Source: Zancudomyces culisetae HAW-14-8 (taxonomy: Eukaryota > Fungi > Kickxellomycota). Taken from it: DNA of 64,000 nucleotides. Shown here one piece after another: positions 9,925-19,248 of this stretch. The position numbers and the translations under genes were made by a program. The stretch is from assembly GCA_052426225.1 (NCBI GenBank), contig JBNJNM010000012.1, positions 620,001 through 684,000 of the forward strand, read 5' to 3'. The notes under the pieces are model-generated. The model searched no databases. It saw only the letters and a program-made list of their open reading frames with translations, and was not told the origin of the DNA. The first letter of the stretch is position 1; each line of letters starts with the position of its first letter.

Positions 9925-9929
9925 CCTAG

Positions 9930-10106
9930 ACCTTGAAAGATCTGACCACTAGCGTGCGTCAGATACAGATCCGTAGTAGCCTAGGGAGTCCGTCGGGGAT
10001 CAGACTTTCCCCTACACCTCCAAAGGGGTGTGTGTCACCCCATTCTGCGCAAATGGGGATAAGGTTACAGAGCAATTGTGTAACCCCCAGATCCCATCTT
10101 GCGACA
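9930..10106 (+). repeat. 3' LTR of element A, right part (U5)
   Basis: Continues the LTR-A sequence after the TSD. Ends TCTTGCGACA, an inverted match to the TGTCGAGA start. Matches the reverse complement of 12667-12842. Confidence 0.92.
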
Positions 10107-10802
10107 GTTGTTAGCAAGTTGGTTCTTTATCCTCGCTTAATTAAAAACTGTTATTTACTTTGATAACTAAATATGTATTTAACTATATTTATTCAAGTTT
10201 AAAATATATATATAAGTTATAGACTTCTAGTAATAGATCAAAACTGAATTTATTGATATCTTTCGACTTACTGAAAAACTTCAAGTATTTATAACTTAAA
10301 AACTAACTAATACTTAATAAACTACTGTAAAACTATATAATAATTAAAACCTATTTTTTTGTTATTAATTCTAATCTAGAAAAAACCCGATGATCAAAAA
10401 AACTAAACTAGAACCTTGTAATGTTAAATAAACTAATTATAAACCTTAGCAGATCATATATTTTGACCTACAATATTAATAATATAAATAATATAAATAA
10501 ACAAACCTAATTGGAGTGCCGATTATATCGTGGTTAGAGGTGATCTACGCCACTATATAACAGTGTTTGTTGTATAATTACATGTTTAAGGTCCTACTGA
10601 GTAATATAATTACCCAGTATTATACAGGACGGGACTTTTATTATTATATATTAGGACTATAATTATTGTGGGAGAAAAAGACAATTTATTAATTAATTCA
10701 AAACTAGACTATTTAATGCATAAAATAATACTAATAAAATTAACCAATAAAATACAAGGAAATACAGGTATATAATTCCACTATATAACAGTGTATTTGT
10801 TG

Positions 10803-11075
10803 TGTCGGGAAAATTTGCACAATAAGATTTTCCTAGAGAGAATCGCGGGATCGGCGGTTAATCTTCTCATAATAGGATCAACCGAACATCCTATTGTGAG
10901 CAAAATTAACAATTACTTATTATCCTATCATTTAGTAGTATTTATTAGTATAAACTTATTTATTAGTACAACGGAAATTAGATTTAAGCAAAGCTAATTT
11001 CCTCTGTTTCGAACTTTACCTTCAAATTTCACAATAAATCGTATACATAGCAACAATAGTAAATTTTATACGACA
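10803..11075. mobile_element. Solo LTR (273 bp)
   Basis: Terminal inverted repeat TGTCGGGAAAATTT...AAATTTTATACGACA. 4-bp TSD GTTG at 10799-10802 and 11076-11079. Confidence 0.8.
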
Positions 11076-11673
11076 GTTGAATTCGTTTTCATTTTTTAGT
11101 ACTAGTCCAATAGGATTTTCCCAAAAAACGTCCACTAATATCAATCACGGTTCCCTAGAAGGGTGGTTATTACTGACACAGGATTTACCATTTCTAGCCA
11201 GTTAACCACTATCTATAAAACCCCCTCGGAAAGAACACAACTGGACAATTTCCACAATTTTTGGTAAAAATAATTTTATTTAAAAGAATTCCTCCCAAAA
11301 CCTGGATAATATAGCCAAAATGGCTCTTTCCTTACACTAAAAAAATAGTATTACTTCTCTCTATATATGTTTATTTTTACTTTTAGTGTGGTTTTGGTCG
11401 GATTTAAAATTTTTCAATTTATACTAATAATTTACTAATAAAATTGATTAAAAATAAATCCACTAATAAAGTATAAAATCGATTCGACTAAAAAATAAAT
11501 CGATTTGTACTATTAAATTGGCTGTAAAATTGACAAAAATTTATAACATGGTCATAATTTTTGTACTCTAAATTGAATTGCGCAGGGAACAATTTTTTCA
11601 AAATTGATTTCTCTGCTATTTTGCTGCAATGAAAGCGGTAAATTTAAGTTGATGCTTTTGCATACAACAGTTG

Positions 11674-12388
11674 TGTCGTGCGAGACAACCAATGTTTAGA
11701 ATGTTGTACAATAATAGTAGTTTTTATTCTTTAGTGGTTTTTATACGTTATTGTACAGTTTTAAAGCTATACTTTTTATCAAGGTATAAATATAAACTTT
11801 ACCGTTTTAGGATTAAGTTTAGACTTTATTAGGATAAAATATTATCAATAAAGATAAGATATAACAACATATAAGTTATTGTCAGGACCTGACACTAAGT
11901 ACTATAATTATATCTTGATACTTGATTTATTAAATAAAATACTATGGAATGAAAGTATTTTATTGCTAAAGATCTCCTTTGCAATAAAATCCTTTCATTT
12001 ATATAATTTACTTAAACAGAATCATAATACGTAAAATAAAACTTAATCAAAATAAAACTAGAGAATGTTCAAACTAAAACATCGTAAATATTTTAACTGC
12101 AATATTTTTTTGAATTGCAGTTATTGAAACATTCTCCACAACGGGTAAAATGTTTAATAAATTTTTTCAAATAAATTCATTTTAGAATGAATTTAATTTG
12201 CGGAGAGAATGTTAAATAAATTTTAACATTTACTATTTTTAAGTGTAATTAAAAATAGCAGTTATGACATGATAAATCATGACAGTTATAAAGATAATAG
12301 TATAAATATACTTTTAGTAGACTAGCTATAATTAAATAATACACACGTATTAATGCGTTAGATTGACATTGGGAGCATTCTTGCGACA
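11674..12388. mobile_element. Possible degenerate LTR (~305 bp) interrupted by the solo LTR at 11880-12284
   Basis: Imperfect inverted ends TGTCGTGCGA...CCAATGT versus ACATTGG...TCTTGCGACA. No TSD found. Confidence 0.35.
11880..12284 (-). mobile_element. Solo LTR (405 bp) related to the element B family
   Basis: TGTCAGGA...TCATGACA ends with perfect 5-bp TSD GTTAT. Shares TATTTTATTGCTAAAGAT..GCAATAAAATC and terminal ATGACATGAT..TCATGACA with LTR-B. Confidence 0.88.
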
Positions 12389-12666
12389 AATCTCGTATAA
12401 AATATTATCCGTTATAGATTTCTCATCTATTGTAATTAATAGTGATAATTATTGGTTATTTATTTAATAGTTTTTGTAGTTGATTTTGTAGTATTTAAAT
12501 CAATGAAATTTTTAGTTAAATAAATTTGTCGTCTTTTGAATTTAATAATAGAACATATTAATATTTATAAATAGTAACTATTAGCGGCCCGTATCGTGTA
12601 GTGCTTGGAAGCCAATAGCTTTCAAGTAGGAGGTAATACATTTCTACTTCAGACAACAATATAGGT

Positions 12667-13289
12667 TGTCGCAATATGGGTACTGGGGGTTACACAATTG
12701 CTCTGTAACCTTATCCCCATTTGCGCAGAATGGGATGACACACACCCCTTTGGAGGTGTAGAAAAAGTCTGATCCCCGACGGACTCCCTAGGCTACTACG
12801 GATCTGTATCTGACGCACGCTAGTGGTCAGATCTTTCAAGGTCTGGGGGCTTAATACCCCAGCATCCTGATCCATGCTGCTGCCAGTACTTCTTCCGTAA
12901 AATGATGAAGTGGTACTTATTGCCATCTCCTCATCTTCATACCCATTTGAGTAGTACATTTTTGTAGTTTCTTTGTATTTTTTTTTATTATTATTAACTA
13001 GATTTTTATTTAATACGTCCGTATATTAAGACATGGATGACGCTTCAAATTCATCCTATGTCTTTTATTTATATAAACTAACTCTTTATAAATAATCACT
13101 AAACTATCATCCATAAAAAATAATATTACTATATTAATGTATGCGTTGAAACGTTGGTGTATGAATGTGTTGTTAACAATCATTCATACATATCTCAACG
13201 TTTCTTGAATGAACAATGTAATTGTTCAGCAACGTGTAATCTGATCCAATACACGTTGCTATGCCGTGATACCCGGATCTAGTATCTCG
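12667..13289 (-). mobile_element. Inverted, uninterrupted copy of LTR-A (lacks its first 3 nt)
   Basis: Reverse complement aligns with 3924-4365 plus 9930-10106, with roughly 20 differences. Confidence 0.93.
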
Positions 13290-13727
13290 TGTCATATCGA
13301 AATTGATGGATTACCCCTTGTCAGGAATTGGATAGGTAATTAGTTATTTGATTAGTCATATTATTAATATTTATTATTAAATTATTAGTATTAAATTATC
13401 GGGAAGATTGGACTTTTCTCCCTGAGGAGGGTTTTTTCCTACTTCCTTGATAACAAGTCCGCGTTATCATTTTTGTTTTAAAAAGAGAGTTTTTGAGAAA
13501 ATAGTTTTATGGATACAAGTTCCATATATAGTTTTTATAGTATAAGAAAAAGAATAAACAAGAATTAAATTAGAACAAGTGTCTACATTAATCAAGTTAT
13601 TCGCAGTAACGGTGGACCTAAACACCCTCCGTAAAGAAAATAACTAGTGTATTGACACTGTGCACCCATAACGGGTACAATAATATTCATATTAATTTAC
13701 ACAATTGTCGTATAGCAGATACGACAT
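13290..13727 (+). mobile_element. Probable solo LTR (438 bp) of another family, abutting the inverted LTR-A
   Basis: Inverted ends TGTCATATC...GATACGACA. TATA-like sequence and AATAAA at ~13540-13558. No TSD. Confidence 0.6.
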
Positions 13728-14049
13728 TTTTTTGATTAGTTTTTTGTTGCTGGCAAATTTTTCTTATCGCTAAAAAATAGCATAAAAATTATAAAATTTG
13801 ATAAAGTAGATAAAAAATTAGTTAGTTTTAGTTTTTTAGTATTTTCAAGTTTTTTTTAGTCAAAAAATAAAGAATTAGTAATAGAATAAACAAAAAGATA
13901 TACAAAATATAAGTACAAAACTACATATAATATACAATGTTTTCAATACATAGTAATAATTAATATACAAGAATAGCATAGTGTTGAAAGTTAGGATATA
14001 AGTTTTATAATAAAAATATAATTTAAATCCAAAAAATAATCACAATATA

Positions 14050-14122
14050 GGTCCTGTGGCCCAATGGATAAGGCGCTTGACTACGAATCAAGAGATTCCA
14101 GGTTCGAGTCCTGGCTGGATCA
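14050..14122 (+). tRNA. tRNA-Arg (anticodon ACG)
   Basis: Cloverleaf with GGTCCTG/CTGGATC acceptor, D arm TGGCCCAATGGATAAGGC, anticodon arm CTTGA-CTACGAA-TCAAG, T arm CCAGG-TTCGAGT-CCTGG. Confidence 0.96.
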
Positions 14123-17100
14123 TCTTTCAATCTTTTTATTATAGTTTAACGGCTACATTCTTATTCTAACGAATCCATTACGATTCCATAGCAATTTTAA
14201 CCACCAGTGAGCGCAAGGCGGAATCAATAATTTAACTATCTAGGATGATAAAGTGTTAAAACGAGTACTGACAACTAAAAGAGATATCTTTATCCTTTAT
14301 TAACGACTCTAATTTACACATAATTTATAAACATATTAGTTACAGTTAGTACTTTTAACTAATATAGTTTTACTTAGTATTTTTATTAATATATCAAATA
14401 TATTAAAACACTCTTATTACGACAATCAGAACTATTGAAGTGATCCGAGACCTAAGTATAAATGAAATAATATGTGTATGCTAAACTCAGTCTTCACATT
14501 AGCTGAAAAAATAACTAGATTTCTTATTACAACTACTATTTATTACAATATCCTTTTTTTAATGTATTAAATACTTATATTACTGTTTCAAGTATATTAA
14601 ATTCTGTAAATTATAACAAGTCTAGATGGCATTAGTATCTAAATTATACTTTTATGAAAAGTATTTTATGTTAAGAGAAGGCTAAGGAGTCTTGTGTTCT
14701 TTATATTCGATGATTGCTCTCCTGTTCACTTTACTAACATTAACTTTACCTTATTATTGATTTTGCTTGCTCACATTGGTAGTTCAAATTAGCCGTGAAT
14801 CCTATTGATTTCTAGAAAAAAGGATTTAGTTATTATCCTCAGTTGCTAATATTTAACTTTTCTCATTCGCTTAAGTTTTTCTAATGGTATTACACAGAAT
14901 GTAAGTTATTTGCTGTTCTCATTCTATTAATACTACTTCACTTTTTTTTTCTAGATAATTTCTTGCAATACATAGCATATTAGAACTACCAAAGGAAGCA
15001 ATTGGCTCAATTTTTAAAAACGATCTATGTTGGTAAAGTGTGTATCAGAAACACAAGCAATATAAATGATACAATTTAGTAAAATTGACAACTTGGCATC
15101 TTTTTTGATTAACTTGACATTTAGTACTTTGTTTCAGTACCTTAAATAGAGTTTAATTATATGTTCAATATTTTATGTAATTATTATCATACAATACAGC
15201 AATCTGTATAATTAAGTGATTCATAATCCCGAGTACTATGACATAATCACTGCTTTACTAAACACTGCCTTTTATTTCGCTTAACAATATATCAGATAAA
15301 TATAATATTTACAATATATTCTGTTTATAATTTAGTCATTTTTGTACTTCGATTATTAATGAACACATACAGCTCAGGTACATATATCAAACTTCTCTCA
15401 TCATTATTATAATATCAACTATAAAGTACTTAATTTTCAATTCTTATAATTACAACAATTATTTTAAGAAAAAAACTTCACATTAATTAAATTATGAACA
15501 CCAAATATATAGAACTATAATAATTAATTATAGTATATAATCTGTTACAAAAAGAGTCAAGCCACAGTTTAAAAATTCAGTAAAAAAGGCATAACATAAT
15601 TTGTATAAATATGTTATTAGTATATAAGAAAATAATAGATATGATTAATGAAAGGAAGACTCAAAAGTCGTTCCTCAATTAATTTTTTATTTTTAAATCT
15701 ATTAGCAAACAAGAAATTAAAAAAAATTATAATTTGTGGAATATTTATGAGTAGAGCTATCACTTAATAGTTCAGAAAGTATTAAATAAAAATTTAAAAT
15801 CGCAAACATGTCAGTATTCATATAGATAATCTATTCATCCATCATTCAGAAGTACAAAGGTGAATGCTGGTATCAGTCAGACAGCATCTTTTTGACATGG
15901 CATCCATAACCTTAAACTATAATTGTCACATTACCCAATAGTCCCATTTAAAAAACTCGCGCTTCAGCACTTTCTAAGCATGAGAAATCTGACCAAGAAC
16001 GAGACACTGCCCTATTCCGCCTGACAGTCTTTTATCAGTTTATGAACGTTACAAGCTACTTATGTTAAAATCTATTACTAGTATTTTAAACGCTAACAAA
16101 ATAGTTAATTAATCTGTGAAAAATGCTTTGTTAAAGAATTAAAATATCCCATCGCTTTTATCTCATTTGTATTCTTATTTATCTACTATATACCTTTCCT
16201 AGATCGATTTTTCTTTATTAAGTTAATTTCTTGTTCTATTTGATCGTTTTAGTCTGCTAATATTGTAATTTATTCCAGCTAAAATGATATAGCCTTTCTG
16301 AACTACCACACATGTATTTGTTTTATTTACTTTTTTATTTTCTTACTTTTGTTTTGCAAATAGTACTGTTCTTTAAATCCATTAACTCTGACATTTAACT
16401 TTTAGTGTAAGTCTGTTTCATACTATTTCTACATTGGACCTGTGTATGCACTATTGTATTCTATCCAAACTTTACCAGTATAAATTGCATTTTATATTTA
16501 TTTCAGCCTTTTCTATCAGTAATTGAATTTTTACATGATATTTATCGATTTGAAGGTAAATGGCTCTAGTCGATTAAGCAGCACATGCTGTCATAGAATG
16601 TTTTATATTGTAATCTTATAAATATAATATAGTGCAGTAGAACGAACCTTGGGATCCTGATTGGTGGAGCTTCAGCATGGATTTGATAGGACATATGACA
16701 GTAGATATGACACAAAGTACAAAGAGTTTCCTTTGCAATTAAAGTCTTTGTACAAAGGTATCGATATAGAATAGAATCTTTATACAGAGAGTATCTATAA
16801 CGAAGAGCGTCTCTTCACAACGAACACTAAAAGTCTCAAGGAATGATCCAGGATCAATTCCATTTACTATTATATTTAAGATTTCATTAACTATATCCAT
16901 ATTACAGAATAGTCCGTCCCAAAAGAAATATAAAAAAACAAAGAACCGTTGAAAACAGAGAACAAGTTTTTGGGGGAAGCTAGACTAGTTCATATGCGGC
17001 TTTAGTTTGACTTGTTTTTGCTATAGTATAATTATACTTTATATTATAATTTACTCTCGTGGTAATAAAGTTACCCATTTATACTACATTTGGCGATTTA

Positions 17101-17281
17101 GACCCATTTTATTTGTGCTCTAATTGGCAACAAAGCTCATTTATATTTTTATAGTAATAACTAATTTTCCAAGCAAAAATATTCTAACCCAGTTAACATT
17201 TGGGATTGATTCGCTGGAAATAGAAATTAGGGTATTAAATATAATATAGCCATATTGGAAATAGTGTTAATTCAAAACACA

Positions 17282-18962
17282 ATGTCAAATATTCGAACAT
17301 TAAATCACGATTCTGTCAATCCTTATAATGGGACAATTCCCTCAAATCATGTTATGGTTTTGAGGCCTAATTCTCAAATTGACTTACGACAAGAACTTGG
17401 CCGTAGGTTAAAAGCATACTATTTTGGTATTCCACTTCTTACATTTACTCTAGTTTTTGTAATTTTAACAATTTTTCTTACCGGGGCCATTCTTTCGATT
17501 TTCGGCATTTCTCAGTGGAAATTTACTCTTACTCTACAATGGTTGGGACTCACTATGTTTCAATGTAAGTAAATTCTATATTATATGCTTTCCTCTACTG
17601 ACCTTGTTTTGTTTTTTTACCTACTCTAGTATGGAGGCTTTTTACATATGCGTTTATTCATTTTGGGTTCTCTCACATTTTGTTTAACACAATGACCTTT
17701 CTTCCTGCGAGTGTTGATTTTGAGAAATCTTTTGGAACCGCCATGTACCTCATAACGCTTATTCTACTTTTTCTTCCAATTCCAGCAGTACTGACTGCAA
17801 TTACAATGTCAACATATGTACTTAATAAACCTGGTAATTATATTGGTGGAATAAGTGGGCTAGTGTTTACTCTTCTAGCCTGGGATAGTCTTCAACAGCC
17901 AAATGTAGTCAGGTACATTCTAAATCCGTTCACTTTACTATTATGTTTCAAATGAATTGCTATGTATAACCTATTATATATTTATATGACTAAAAATAGC
18001 TTGTTTGGCTTGGTTACTATTAAACGAATATATTACCCACCGCTACTTTTGTTGCTGATAACATTACTGGTCCCAGAAAGCTCTTTTATTGGCCATTTAA
18101 CCGGCTTGCTAATCGGATATATGTGTAAGTATTTTATAATTCTTCATTCATGTTCATATTTCTCAATTTAAAATACAATTCAATTTATATTCTAGATTCT
18201 TTTGGCTGGTTCAAATTTGTAACACCGAGTTATGATTTTCTTTCGCGGATGGAACAAAAGCTGATGCCAAACTTCGTATTAAAAAGCCCTAGATATGTAT
18301 GCACACGGGACTGTAAAGAATACCAACACTTACCGTTTGTAGCTGGAGGGTACCATGATACCAGCAGGACCCAGAGTGGCAGTATAGGAGGCGTTCAAGG
18401 AAGAGGCAGTACTGGCGGTAGAATTCTCGGTCGGGGAAGTGGCAGTAGTAGTCTGCCAAAACCTAATCGTGGGACTTCCAAATTGCCCACGGCCTTACAA
18501 AGCGAGGCGACTAAATCGAACTCTACTACAACATTGGTAAACACTACGCCAGGGTCTGCATCACGAATCGGTGTTAAACAACCATCTGCTATTAACCCGC
18601 CCACTGCTGGTAATTCTAACCACAATGCTAATCTTAACTCTTCTCAGGATACTCCACCTTCTGGTATTGCTGTAGATGGAAATGGGGCAGTTAACCCAAA
18701 CTCCGAGTCGTACAATAGTATTCAACTATTCGAGAACTCTACATCCAACGCTCCTGATTTGCAATCCAACTTGAAACTCGAAAGTGGCAAGAAGTCGAAA
18801 ACTCTCCAGAACCACAAAGTGCTTTCCATTGCTAAAGATAGTAATGAAACATCTGCTGAGAGAAGTATACCTGGTGATGGTAATGAAAGCTTTACGTCTA
18901 CACCCGCAAGTAGAATACGTTCAGATACTTCGAACAATAATTCAGGATATAGCCTTTTGTAG
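17282..18962 (+). CDS. Rhomboid-family intramembrane serine protease, 4 exons
   Basis: Exons ~17282-17564, 17630-17912, 18000-18124, 18196-18962 with GT-AG introns. WR motif (LWRLFTYAFIH..HILFN), GISG catalytic Ser, GHLTG catalytic His, disordered C-tail. Confidence 0.88.
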
Positions 18963-19127
18963 TTTATATGTGAATTTTTTTGATATATATATCACCGTCA
19001 TATTTCCATTTATTAACTATTTATACTCCAAGACTACAATTAAATAAAGTCTATAAAATTAAAGTACATGTGTCTGTCATATATTTAAAATTAAGCCAAA
19101 GTAAATATATCTTTTAAGGTTATCAAC

Positions 19128-19230
19128 ATAAAAAAGATTTGATAAACCGCTAGTTCAATCAAACAAAAGTAAAATAAAAAAGATTTGATAAACCGCTAGT
19201 TCAATCAAACAAAAGTAAAATAAAAAAGAT
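19128..19230. repeat. 46-bp tandem duplication (~2.2 copies)
   Basis: ATAAAAAAGATTTGATAAACCGCTAGTTCAATCAAACAAAAGTAAA repeated exactly at 19128 and 19174. Confidence 0.95.
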
Positions 19231-19248
19231 AATAAAACTATAGAAAAA

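Larger units (their letters stand above)
1..10106 (+). mobile_element. Ty3/Gypsy LTR retrotransposon 'A' (no chromodomain), 5'-truncated by the window; 3' LTR interrupted by element B
   Basis: Order Gag CCHC knuckle (CYKCRQMGHFANNC), protease (YDSGA), RT, RNase H (TDAS, LEGLAVIWA, TDH, ADYLSR), integrase (HHCC, D-D-E, GPF). PPT AAAAGGGGAGGAA at 3908-3920 directly before TGT at 3921. LTR ends TCTTGCGACA at 10106. Confidence 0.95.

Noticed and set aside
3921-13289. RIP-like mutation (TSD CCCAG to CCTAG is CpA to TpA)
   Set aside because: Differences between LTR-A copies include many transversions and indels, and element B ORFs are intact. There is no systematic C-to-T excess.
14200-16100. Possible decayed gene or TE fragments downstream of the tRNA
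   Set aside because: Translations are riddled with stops and no family motif could be recognised by eye. Would need tBLASTx/HMM searches.
19128-19230. CRISPR-like repeat
   Set aside because: Head-to-tail duplication with no spacers, eukaryotic context and no cas genes.
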